A stretch of 64,000 nucleotides of DNA from the human T2T-CHM13v2.0 reference genome, Homo sapiens: NCBI RefSeq assembly GCF_009914755.1, contig NC_060940.1. One strand, written 5' to 3'. A program made the translations under genes and the position numbers. The notes beneath the pieces were generated by a model. It made no database searches, had not been told where the DNA came from, and saw only the letters and a program-made list of their open reading frames with translations. Shown here one piece after another: positions 21,111 to 46,286 of this stretch (within the stretch, counting starts at the first letter, position 1; each line of letters begins with the position of its first letter).

Positions 21111-24100
21111 ATCTCCCTCGGATATTATGAAAAATATCACAGAGTGTACACCCACTGTGATATTAGGAGAAAGCTCTCCCTTGGGTATTAGAATAATATC
21201 ACAGGGTGTACACTCACTGTGATATTAGGAGTAAGATCTCCCTTGGATACTATGAATAATATCACACAGTGCACACCCACTGTGACGCGGTACACCCACT
21301 GAGATATTAGGAATAATATCTCCCACGGATATTAGGAATAATATCTCCCTCAGATATTATCACACCCACTTTGATATTGGAAGTAATATCTCCCTCAGAT
21401 GTTATGAATAATATAGAAGGGTGTACACTCACTGTGATATGGAGAGTAATACCTGCCTCAGATATTACAAATAATATCATAGGGTGTAAACCCACTGTGA
21501 TATTGGGAGTAATATCTCCCTCGGATATTATGAATAATATCCTAGGGTTTACAAACATGGTGTACACCCACTATGATATTAGGAGTAATATCTCCCTAAA
21601 ATATTACTAATAATATTACAGGGTGTACACACAGGGTGTACACCCACTGTGATATTAAAAGTAATATATCTGTAAAATATGAGTACACCCACTATGATAT
21701 TAGGAGTAGTATCTCCCTAAAATATTACAAATAATATCCCCCCAGTATATAACAGATAATATCATAGGGTGTACACCCACTGTGATATTAGTTATAATAA
21801 TATCTTCTTGGGATATAAGGAATAACATCACAGGGTGTACACCCACTGTGATATTAGGGGTAATAATATCTACTTAGCACATAACGAATAATATGAGAGG
21901 GTGTACACCCACTGTGATATCAGAGGAAGTAATATCTCCTCAGGGTGTACACCCACTGTGATATTAGTAGTAATATCTCCCTAAAATATTACGAATAGTA
22001 TTACAGAGTGTACACACAGGGTGCACACCCACTGTGATATTAAGGGTAATAATATCTCCAGAAAATTTGACACACCCTGTGATATTAGCAGTAATAACAT
22101 CTCACCAGGATATAATAAATAATATCACAGGGTGTACACCCACAGTGATATTAGATGTAATAATATCTTCCCATGATGTAATGGATAATATGACAGGGCG
22201 TACACCCACTGTGATACTAGGAGTAATAATATCTCCCCAGGATATAACGAATAATATCACAGGGTGTACACCAACTGTGATATTAGGGGTAATAACATCT
22301 TCCATGAATATAACGAAGAATATCACAGGGTGTACAACCACTGTGATAATAGGAATAATATGTCTCCAGGATAAAACAAATAATATCACAGGGTGTACTC
22401 CCACTGTGATATTAGCAGTAATGTTTCCCTCGGATATTGCAAATAATATCACAGGGTGTACATCCACTGTGATATTGAGAGTAATATCTCCCTTGAATAT
22501 TATGAATAATACCACAGGGTGTAAACCCACTGTGATACTGGGAGTAATATCTCCCTCGGATATTATGAATCGTATCACACGGTGTACAGGGTGTACACCC
22601 ACTGTGATATTGGCAGTAATATCTCTCTCAGATATTATGAATAATATCACAGTGTTTACAAACATGCTGTACACCCACAACGATATTAGGAGTAATATCT
22701 CCCTAAAATATTACAAATAATATCATAGGGTGTACAAACATGGTGTACACTGACTGTGATATTTGGAGTAATATCTCCCTAAAATATTATGAATAACATC
22801 ACAGGGTGTAAACACAGGGATACAGCCACTGTGAAATTAGGAGTAATATCACCCCAAGATATAATCAATACTGTCACAGTGGGTACACACACTGTGATAT
22901 TATGGGTAATAATATCTCCAGAAAATTTGACGAATAATATCACAGGGTATACACCCACTGTGATATTAGGGGTAGTAACATCTCTCAAGGATATAACGAA
23001 TAATATGACAAGGTGTACATCCACTGTGATATTATGGGTAACAATATCTCCCTAGGATGTAACGAATAATATCACAGGGTGTACACCCACTGTGATAAGA
23101 GGAATAATAATATTTCTCAAGGATATAACAAATAATATGACAGGGTGTACATCCACTGTGATATTATGGGTAATACTATCTCCCCACTACATAATGAATA
23201 ATATCACAGAGTGTACACCACTGTGATATTAGGGGTAATAACACCTTCCCCAAATATAACGAATACTATCACAGGGTGTTCACCCATTGTGATATGAGAC
23301 ATAATAATATCTCCCCAGGATATAACAAATAATATCACAGGGTGTACACCCACTGTGATATTAGAGGAAATAATATCTTCCCAGGATATAATGAATAATA
23401 TTACAGGGTGTACACCCACTGTGATATTAGAGGAAATAATATCTTCCCAGGATATAATGAATAATATCACAGGGTGTACACCCACTGTGATATTAGAGGA
23501 ATTAATATCTCCCCAAAATATAATGAATAATATTACAGAATGTTCACCCACTGTGATATTAGGAATAATAATACCTCCCCAGGATATAACCAATAATATC
23601 ACAGGGTGTACACCCACTGTGCTATTAGGAGTAATAATATCTCCCCAGGATATTACAAATAATATTACAGGATGTACACCCACTGTGACAATACAGGTAA
23701 TATCTCCCAGGATATTATGAATAATAGCACAGGGTATACACTTACTGTGATATTAGGAGTAATAATATCTCCCCAGGATATAATGAATAGTATCACAAGG
23801 TGTACAGCCACTGTGATACTAGGAGTAATATAGTAGTATCTCCCCAGGATATAACAAATAATATCACAAGGTGTACATGCACTGTGATATTAAAGGAAAT
23901 AATATCTCTTCAGGATATAATGAATAATATCACAAAGTATACACCCACTGTGATATTAGGGGTAATATTATATCTCCAAGATATAGTGAATAATATCACA
24001 GGGGGTACACCCACAGTATATTAGGGGTAATAGTATATCCCCAGAATATAACAAATAATATCACAGGGTGTACACCCACCGTGACAATATGGATAATATC

Positions 24101-25545
24101 TTCCAGGATGTTACGAATAGTATCAAAGAGTATACACCCACTGTGATATTAGGGGCAATATCTCCACAGAATATTACAAATAATATCAAAAGATGTACAT
24201 GCACTGTGACATTAGGGGTAATATCACCCAAAAATATTACAAATAATATCACAGCATGTACACAATGGTGTACGTTCATTGTGATATTATGATATCCATA
24301 GGGTATTACAAATAATATCACAGGGTGTACCCCCACTGTGATATTAGGAGTCATATCTTTCTGGGAGGTCACAGCGTGTACACACATGGTGTAAATTCAC
24401 TGGGATATTAGGAGTAATATCGCCCTAGAATATTTCGAATCATATCACAGGGTGTACACCCACTGTGATATTAAAAGGAATATCTTTCTAGAACATTACA
24501 AATAGTATCACAAGGTGTACACCCACTATGAGATTAGGAGTAACATCTCCCTAGAATATTATGAATAATATCACAGTGTGTACAGGCACTGTGATTTTAG
24601 GAGTACTACCTTCTTAAGATATTATGAATAATATCATAGGGTATACACCCACTGTGAAATTAAAAGCAATAGCTCCCTACGATATTATGAATAATATCAC
24701 GCAGTGTACACTCAAGGTGATATTAGGAGTAGTATCTCCCTAGGAAATTACGAATATTATCACAGAGTGTACACCCACTGTGATATTAAAAGTATTATCT
24801 TTCTAGGATATTATGAATAATATTACAGGGTGTACTCCCTCTGTGATATTAGGAGTTATATCTCCCTAGGATATTACAAATCATATCACAGGGTGTACAC
24901 CCACTGTGGTATTAGGTGTAGTATCTCCCTAGGATATAACAAATAATATCACAGGGTATACACCTACGGTTATATCAGGAGTTATATCTTCATAGAATAT
25001 TACGAATAATATCACAGGGTGTCCACCCTCTGTGATATTAAAAGTAATATCTTTCTAGGATAGTATGAATAATATCACAGGGTGTACTCTCACTGTGATA
25101 TTAGCGGTAATAACTCCCTAGGATATCACGAATTCTGTGACAGAGTGTACACCCACTGGAGTAATATATCTCTAGCATATTATGAATAATATCACAGGTT
25201 GCACACCTACTGCGATATTAGGAGTAAAATCTCCCTCGGATATTATAAATAATATCACAGTGTGTACTCCCACTGTGATATTAGGAGTAAAATCTCCTTC
25301 GGATATTATGAATAATATCACAGGATGTACACCCACTGTGATATTAGGAGTAATATCTCCCTTGGATATTTCTAATAATACCACAGCGTTTACACACATG
25401 GTGTTCACCCACTGGGATGTTAGGATAATATCTCCCTTGGATATTACCAATCGTATCAGAGGCTGTACACACGTGGTGTTCACCCAGCGTGATATTAGGA
25501 ATAATATCTCCCTCGGATATTAGGAACAGTCTCTCCCTGGGACTT
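21111..25545. repeat. Satellite-like tandem array, 63-66 bp unit (SATR1/SATR2-like), roughly 65-70 units
   Basis: Unit approx. GTGATATTAGGAGTAATATCTCCCTAGGATATTATGAATAATATCACAGGGTGTACACCCACT; periodic peptides in the ORF track on both strands. Confidence 0.9.
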
Positions 25546-26288
25546 AGCAGAACGTAGCCCCCCAGTGTTAAATAAGCGACCACAGCAAGAGGTAGAGGCG
25601 CAGGGACTGAAATGAAGACAAATATCTGACAAGTTTAAAACACGTATTTAAAATAGAATTTATAAAATGCTTAATCTGCCGACTCAGGAGCCCGCGGTGC
25701 AGGGTGGGGTGGGAGTTGGCAGGTGACCGCTACACCAGCAGAGTAAGACTGCAGGGCTGCGGCCCTCCCTCCTATGCCCTTCTGTTCAGACACCCGAGGG
25801 GCTCATGTGCACTCCTGGGATCATACGACCAGAAAACAGGACCCTAGAGGTTTCTTGAGTTTCTGCTTACCAGGGCGGCTGGGTATAGCCCTGCCAGCCC
25901 ATTGCATAATCTTCTAAGTTCTCCCCACCACCCTCCATTCCAGCAGCGAGGTGCCTGTGATGCGGTCTCCATCCTCTCGGCCTCGACCCGGTGGTCCCCG
26001 CGATTGGACGCTTAGGCGGTCACCAGGCCTCCTTGTTACTAACGTGTGCACACCTTTCAGTTCTCTCATCAGGATGAACTCCTGGAAATTGCTGGGTCCA
26101 AAGTGTTTGGGAAGTTTGGAGTGATTCTTGTTGCAGGGGGAAGAGGGAACTATGGAGGTGTCACTGAACTTTCAGGGGTTCCGGGACCCCCCAACCCGGT
26201 GCCCGTCCCAGCTCCCCGAGCGCCTCTCTTCCCCCCTCCCCCACCTCGCCTGTTTTCACCTCCCGTGGCCTCACTCCCGCCGCGCAGC

Positions 26289-26301
26289 TGGACCTTGCCC
26301 G
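26289..26301 (-). promoter_or_regulatory. HNF4A-type DR1 element (TGGACCTTGCCCG)
   Basis: Reverse complement CGGGCAAGGTCCA resembles the HNF4 motif CAAAGTCCA. It lies -166..-154 from the ATG, the position recalled for the ABCC6 HNF4A site. Confidence 0.7.
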
Positions 26302-26454
26302 GGGCCTCCCGATCCCGGAGCTCGAATCCCAGCCGGACCAGCCCAGCCCGACCAGCCCAGCCCCGCCTCTTCTCCGGCAGGATCGCGGCCGAGCAGTCTG
26401 CCCAGAGACTTAGCGACAGACAGACGCTGGGACCCACGACGACAGAAGGCGCCG

Positions 26455-26490
26455 ATGGCCGCGCCTGCTGAGCCCTGCGCGGGGCAGGGG
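26455..26490 (+). pseudogene. ABCC6P1: ABCC6P1 exon 1 coding part (MAAPAEPCAGQG)
   Basis: ATG at 26455, 36 nt, GTGAGT donor at 26491. Confidence 0.95.
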
Positions 26491-27212
26491 GTGAGTGCCC
26501 CCCATCGCGCCCCACTCTCCTTTTCCAGGCTTGGTTTGGCTGCAGATCTCTCGGGCTGCGATACTGGGGAGAGGAGAGACCCCCAAATTCCTGGACCCGG
26601 GAAGCGAGGAGACTTACTCCGGCCCCCTCACTGCAGCGGGTTGGATTTCTTTCACCAAGCCAGCCGCCGAGAGCCCAGCTCTATTTAAGGGGCCACCAGA
26701 CCTCCCAGCTACTAGAGGCTTTGACCCTTCTTTGCATAAAGCTAGTGGGTCCCCCAAGCCCTCCTACCCCCGGAGAGCCCTTACCTCTCTGGTTTCTTTT
26801 TCCATTGCTCTTAGCAAAGGACTCCAGGGAGTGGAGTTCATGGAGTGGGGGTGGGGGTTGCAAACTGCCAGCATTTCGAGGGCCAGGGAGTTGAAGCAAT
26901 AAACTGGCAATGAACTGAGGGCTTTCTCTGTGCCTAGCCTTGTGCCCAACCTTGTGCCATGCTGCTATGAACTTTGCTGCTATTCATCCATTTAATACAA
27001 CTCATAGAGGTAGAGTCTCGTTATCCCCCTTTTGCAGGGAAGGAAACTGAGATACAGAGAGGTTAAAGTTTGCACAGCCAGTGAGTTGTGAAACCAGGAG
27101 GAGTAAAAAGACAGCGGAGAGAGAATTGAAGAGGCCACGTCCACTAAACTTCAAATTTCTTCTAGGGTTAGATAGGACCAGCAGACCTGCTGAGATGAAA
27201 ATAACAGATCAA

Positions 27213-27520
27213 GCTGGGCCGGTGGCTCTTGCCTGTAATCCCAGTACCTAGGAGGCTGAGGCAGGAGGATTGCTTGAGGCCAGGAGTTCGAGACCAGCAT
27301 AGAGAGACCCCCATCTCTACAAAACATAAAAAAAAAATTAGCCAGGCCTGGTGAGGCGGCTTATGCCTGTAATCCCAGCACTCTGGGAGGCCGAGGTGGG
27401 AGGATTGCTTGAGCCCAGGAAATTCGAAGCTTTGTTAAGCTTTGATTGTGCCACTTCAGCCTGGGCAACAGAGTGAGACCCTGTCTCTAAAACATAAATT
27501 AATTAATAATAAAAAATAAA
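27213..27520 (+). mobile_element. Alu (AluJ-like) in ABCC6P1 intron 1
   Basis: Diverged Alu consensus. Confidence 0.8.
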
Positions 27521-28055
27521 AATAAATCATACATCAAGACCACCAGTCGAACGAGGTTTGGGGTCAGATAAGCCTGGGTCAGAGTCAGCTTTGCCACTTC
27601 CCATTTGTGTGTCCCTGGGGGAGGCATTTCCCCGATTGGTGCCTCAGTCTGCTGGTTTCTGAAATGGAGACAGTACTGTCTGCGTCCTGGAGTTGTTATA
27701 AGGATTAACTGACAGTCCATGCCTAGCAATGATTATGGAGCCCAGGTCTCCTAGACCACATGGCCCAGTTCCCTGGGTTCAAATCCCAGCCCTTCCACTC
27801 CTCAGCTGGGTAAACTCAGCAAAGTTACTCAACCTCTCTGGTCCTCAGCTTCTTCATCTGCAAATCAATATAATTGCAACTACCTAGGGTTAATGTCAGG
27901 ATGAAAGGAATTGAGAATTAGTAGGTATTCCAAAGAGTGCTTGGCACATTTTTGTGTAAATGTTAAAGATCCAAAAAGTTGCCTGGCCCCCCGGGCAGGT
28001 GAGCTGGGGACCCCTGCCTTGTACCATCCTAAGGGTCCTCTTTGTGTTCCCTCAG

Positions 28056-28239
28056 GTCTGGAACCAGACAGAGCCTGAACCTGCCGCCACCAGCCTGCTG
28101 AGCCTGTGCTTCCTGAGAACAGCAGGGGTCTGGGTACCCCCCATGTACCTCTGGGTCCTTGGTCCCATCTACCTCCTCTTCATCCACCACCATGGCCGGG
28201 GCTACCTCCGGATGTTCCCCACTCTTCAAAGCCAAGATG
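28056..28239 (+). pseudogene. ABCC6P1: ABCC6P1 exon 2 with 1-bp T insertion at ~28215 (c.196insT equivalent)
   Basis: 184 nt against 183 expected; ATG TTC CCC ACT instead of ATG TCC CCA CTC ([10 protein letters not shown]). Confidence 0.95.
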
Positions 28240-28821
28240 GTAGCTGCCATCCCTGGGAGCCTGGAACCAGGCAATGGTGGGGGGAGGCAGGGGACAGGCT
28301 GGAACCTGGTGAAGTCTTAAAGTAGACTCCTCCTATCGGGGTGTAGAAGGGAATCTGTTAATCAAACAGAGCAATATTAGAAAGGCTACAGAGGTCAATT
28401 CAGTGGAACACGGTTCTCCCAAACAGATTTTGTAATTCCGAAAATCCACGCATGCGCAAACATACGCATACACTCCCATGTTCCTGGACAGTTTATAGCT
28501 ACCATAACCTGGCATTTTCCAAAACATACCATGTAGACTCTTGGATACACAAGGTAATTTTAGGGCCACATTAGGATGAACCTTTTAAAAAGTTATGCAT
28601 TTATTTTTATGTTCCCCCACTGGCTGTATTATAGGACAATTTTTATATGTGATATGTATTTACCTTAGTGTGTTAAATAAACACTGGCATTCCAAGTGTG
28701 AGCCTTTCTGCTCATCCATCCTCTTCTACTCCATTCTTGTAGGCTTCCAAAGAATGTTCTTCAGAGTTCATTCATTCTTCTGCCATTGTATTAATTTTTA
28801 TATTATCACCCGCCACCAACC

Positions 28822-29390
<569 letters not shown>

Positions 29391-29939
29391 TGCTTTAAAC
29401 TGAGGTTCTTTGAGCAGTTCCTCCAACGTAACCTAGCTCTGGCCTTCCCTCTGGTGTGCCCACGTTCTCTCATTTTCTTCCTTTCTTTTATTCAATAGAG
29501 AAACCAAAATATATTAGAGAGACCCTAGAGACTTACTGGCCCAACAGAGAGTTGCTTCTTGATTTCATAGCAAGGATTGAAAAATGACTTGGAGAAAGGA
29601 TAGTTTTTTACCTGGTGAGTACATTTCATTTCCTGCTGTTTCTCCATACCCAGAGTCATCTCATATGTGCACGATTGGAGCACTTCCTGCATTTTGGAAA
29701 ACATTCGGTTGGCTCAAGCCCTTCCTGTGCATTATTTATATGACAGTTACAGGTCAGGAGTGATCTGCAATGCCCTTTACACATTGTTCACATTGGCACG
29801 TTTCTAGCTGGTGACCCTGGTATACTCAGTATCAGCCAGGATGTTGCAGAACCAGCTCCCAGTTGGACATGGGGCCGCCTACCAGTTTGCTGTGACCTCT
29901 CTTATTGCCCCCCAAGCTTATCTAAGCCTGTATCCTCAG

Positions 29940-30065
29940 GTGCTTGGATTCGCCCTCATAGTCCTGTGTACCTCCAGCGTGGCTGTCGCTCTTTGGAAAA
30001 TCCAACAGGGAACGCCTGAGGCCCCAGAATTCCTCATTCATCCTACTGTGTGGCTCACCACGATG
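29940..30065 (+). pseudogene. ABCC6P1: ABCC6P1 exon 3 (VLGFALIV...WLTTM)
   Basis: 126 nt, CAG/GTAAT; the shifted frame from ATG1 stops at TGA 30017-30019 (99-aa product). Confidence 0.95.
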
Positions 30066-30204
30066 GTAATGATGCCCTCAGTCTGGAGCCCGGCTTCCTC
30101 CCAGCTGCTGCTTTGCCTGCCACAGTGGAGAACAAGGGGAAGAGAAGAGGCTCCCCTCAGCCTCCCACCCTCCCCTAAGGGGCCTCCCTGACTTTCCCGT
30201 CCAG

Positions 30205-30333
30205 AGCTTCGCAGTGTTCCTGATTCACACCAAGAGGAAAAAGGGAGTCCAGTCATCTGGAGTGCTGTTTGGTTACTGGCTTCTCTGCTTTGTCTTGCCA
30301 GCTACCAACGCTGCCCAGCAGGCCTCCGGAGCG
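30205..30333 (+). pseudogene. ABCC6P1: ABCC6P1 exon 4 ([13 protein letters not shown]...QASGA)
   Basis: 129 nt, CAG/GTAAG; codon 125 is AAG (K), recalled E in ABCC6. Confidence 0.95.
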
Positions 30334-30796
30334 GTAAGTCGGGGCGTGGGCCACCCTGGGAAACCAAAATGGTGGTTCATGCCTTGGGTCCCTTCCTTTC
30401 TCCTCCTGTTTCCACATACAACTTATTCTCTATACAGTGACACACACAAGCCAGTCACTTACACTCTAGAGACACAAAATCCACTCCCGCACCTGTCAGT
30501 ACCCATCATCCCATACATTTCTTATCCACACAATTTCCTGTCTTACACGCCCACATCACACGTGCCACTTGCTCACGATGCACACACTTATAGGCACTGA
30601 TTCATACATCGCACAAGTACATGCATGCACGCACACACACACAACCTGGGCACAGACACACCTGTGTGCACACATACCCCTCCGTGCACACCTCCCCTCA
30701 TGTCATGGATTCACCCTCCCCATGTTCCTATGCACCTATATTTACACACTCATTCTGCACACCACTCGTATTTCTGTTGTCCAATCTGGGAAGCAG

Positions 30797-32426
<1,630 letters not shown>

Positions 32427-33194
32427 AATGATGAATTCCAGCCGTCCCATTTTAAAGATGAGGGAGACTAAGGCTAGGAGAAGGGAATGACGGCCTCAGG
32501 GCCACAAAGCTTGGGAGTGCAGAGCCCGAGTTCATCTCAGGCAAATTCAGAACAAACTTTCTGAGAGAAACAGTGGGGAAAACAGTGGGAGTTTAGGGAA
32601 GATGGGCCATATTGTCATTGGAATATCCAATTGTCTGCTATCTGCCAAAAAACAAACAAACAAACAAAAACCCCAAAACTAGAAGAGTATAAAATCCAGT
32701 AGAGGAATCGTGATTTAAAACTAGGGCTCTGGTTTAAAGCCATAAAACCTCAGTTCACACTAGCTTAATGAAAAGGGAAAGTCAAGGGGGTTCATTAGCT
32801 CATGCATTTATTAGCTCATACCCATGGGATCTCCCAGGCATGACTGATCCAGGCCTGGGACCAGGTACCATCACCAGATCTCCACTTCTGCCTCTTGGCT
32901 CTGCCATGTTAGCTTGATTCTCCAATGGAGTGGCAAGAAGAGCCACCAATACCTTCATACTTACATTCTAGCATGTAGCAAAGCCAGCAGAATCTCCCGA
33001 TGGTTCCAGCTCTCAAGTACCCAGCATTGGGTGCTATGTGCATTCCTAACCCTGCCATGGTAGCCAAAAGACTCGAATGTATTCATTGGCCAGGCCTCAT
33101 TCACCCACCCAGCCTCGGAGTAGGGTCAGTTCTACACAAATCACACGCCTGAACACAAGCAAAAAACTTAGGAAGAAAGAAAATCAGTACATGG

Positions 33195-37520
<4,326 letters not shown>

Positions 37521-37584
37521 CACAGTTCGTCCTGTCTTCCTACCCTTGCCACATACTTCCCTTCTCCATTTTTGTCTGTTGCAG

Positions 37585-37646
37585 AACCCCTGTCCAGAGA
37601 CTGGGGCAGCCTTCCCCTCCAAAGCCACGTTCTGGTGGGTTTCTGG
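37585..37646 (+). pseudogene. ABCC6P1: ABCC6P1 exon 6 ([21 protein letters not shown])
   Basis: 62 nt, CAG/GTAAGT. Confidence 0.95.
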
Positions 37647-38405
37647 GTAAGTAAAGTCGCACGGAAGGGTTGGGGTGGTGCCTCACCCGCCTGCATTTGC
37701 TGCTCTGATTCCCAGCCATGGCCCTTCCCCTGTGCTTACAAAGGCCAGCAAGTCTTTCTCCATCCCAGCCTCAGTGCTTTCTTCTTCGTGTTCAGTGTCT
37801 ACCATCTGCATCCTGTTCCCATTCACTCACTGGAGTGAGATCTTGATTTGAATCCCGGCTCTGCCTGTTAGCAGGCCATGTCGCAAACCTCCGGAGTCTC
37901 AGTTTTCCCTCTGTAAAATGGGGATGACTCAACCTGCATGAGACGGAAAGTGCTTAGTGCTTGCACACAGCGGGTGCTTAATAGTAATAGAATTGTCTCC
38001 AATACTTGATTTCAGTCATTCCACCAACATTTAATAGGCACCTACTATGTGCTAAGCCCCAGGGGTGAGGAGATAAAGGAGCAAGTGTCTACTTTCTAGA
38101 GGGTTCCAGGCAGATTGAGAAAATAGCTGCTTCTCCAGGGCCAGCTCACAAGGCATTTGAGGATGTGCTCCCTCCCAACCACACGGCATTCAGACCTCAG
38201 TAGCACCTGACATGTGGATTTGAATCCTGGCCCTACCACTTCCTAGCTGTGTTGCTTTGGACAAGTTACTTAACCTCTCTGTGCCTCAGTCTCCACTCCT
38301 TCAAAATGGGATTAATAATAGCACTTAGCTTATAGGGTTGTGAAGCTTAAATAAGATAAGATCTGTAAAGCACTTAGAACAGGGCCTGGCAAATAATGAG
38401 TGTAA

Positions 38406-41505
<3,100 letters not shown>

Positions 41506-42754
41506 CCTCATCATTTGACCCCCAGTCCAGCCCCCAACGCTACTCTGGCTGCACTGCCGCCTCCCCACCTTGCCTTCCAGCTGATCCCACTAAGTAGTAT
41601 CAGGCTCAAGATATGGTTCCTCCCAGAACGCATCACAGGTTCCTACAAACGGGGAACAAACAGGTTCCTACAAATGGGGAAATGGCAGAATGACAGGCAG
41701 CAAACAGAAGAGGTATTTTAAGGCCGGGGTGGAGGGTTGGGAGGGGACTCAACACACAAGCAGCTGCTCACTTACTATATAACCTGAGCAATTCCTTTCC
41801 TGGGCCTCAGTTTTCTCATCTGTTCAGTGGGGATGTCATTAGCCCCAGCTCATAGCTTATGGGGATGAAAAAAAAGGATGATTTATGGAAAAGAACTTGC
41901 AAATGTCTTGCAAATGGGAAGTGCTCAAGCACTGTTAGTCATCCAGAGGGTGTTAAGATCTTTGGAGTTATCCACTCTGTCCACTCCTGCCCTCAGTGGC
42001 ATCTCTGGAAACTTCTCTGCAGCCCTTAGAGCCTGGGATGCCTCATTTGAGAAACTCTGGTCTAGATAAATGAGCCTGCATAGGATTAGATAAAATTGGG
42101 TTAAATGCTGCCCTGCCTTCAAATAGTGATGACCCTGGACACGTTGCTTAACCTCACCGGACCTTGGTGTTTCAGGAGACAGAACAAAAAAGGAAGTTAG
42201 CTCTGTGGGAAGTTCCCTGCATACTCCGGGATTTTGTGGTAGTTGTTGCAGATGGCTGAATCCCACACATTAAGAGAGACAGAGGAGACAGAGACTGATA
42301 CTATAGGCTCACACAGCTAAGAGGATCTAGCCTCAGGTGTTGCTGGATCAGGGGACTCAAATGATGTCAGGATTCTCTCCTTTCATCTCCCATCCCAACT
42401 ATTGTCTATGTGTTGGTCTCTCCATAAGGCCTATCCCTTCCCATGCAAGTTCAGCAAACTCCAGCAGAATGAGAGAGCATCTCTCTCCTAACGTCCATAT
42501 AGTAAATCCCAAGGAAGGCCTCTAATTGGCCCGGCTCAAGTCATGTGCCTTTCAGGGGCCAATCCCATGCCCAGGGGGCTGGTGCCATGACTGGTGGTCC
42601 CTTCAGAGCCACAGAAGTGGGTAGGGGCTGTTCCCACAAAGGAAGGGCATGTGTTTTTCCAAACAGAATAAGTAGTGTGAGAGAACCAAAACATCAGTTC
42701 TCTCTCACCCCAGGCATGGCTTGCTGGACCCCCTTCACTGGGTTGGTTGGTTGG

Positions 42755-45845
<3,091 letters not shown>

Positions 45846-46286
45846 ATAAAAGAAAAGTGCATGGGCTCTGGAGGCAGAGAGCTGGAATCAAATTCCAGTT
45901 CTTTTACTTCTCAGCTGTGTGCCCTTGGGCAAGTTCGCTTCTCTGAGCCCCAGTTTTCTCATCTGTGAAATGGGAACAACACCTGGCTTCTCAGGGGGTC
46001 TTAGGATGACTGGGGAGTGCCTGGCACATAGTAGGTGCTCAACAGGTGTGCTTTCCCATGGCCATCTAAGAGGCCTCAGAGTGCCCTCCTGCCCTGCCCC
46101 CCAACTCCCATGATTGTCTCTTAAGTGGGTACTCAGGGTGATAAGGAGGAACAGGTGAGGGAGCCAGGCTAGATCCACACCCACCCATCTCCACTGTTGG
46201 GAAAACAACCCTTTAATGCCTGGCCCTGCCGCTGGTGGCTGAGAGTATAAAATGGGACCCAGAGCTAATCTCTCCCTTCCCCTCAG

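Larger units (their letters stand above)
26170..26680 (+). promoter_or_regulatory. CpG-rich proximal promoter / exon 1 region of the ABCC6 copy
   Basis: GC/CpG-rich, no TATA, C-rich Sp1-type tracts at 26225-26282. Confidence 0.8.

Noticed and set aside
21111-25545. CRISPR-like array (palindromic repeats at regular spacing)
   Set aside because: The intervening sequences are diverged copies of one another, not unique spacers. The context is human and there are no cas genes.
26046-26902. Overlapping 120-190 aa ORFs around ABCC6P1 exon 1
   Set aside because: Stop-poor GC-rich CpG island; only MAAPAEPCAGQG is recognisable coding sequence.
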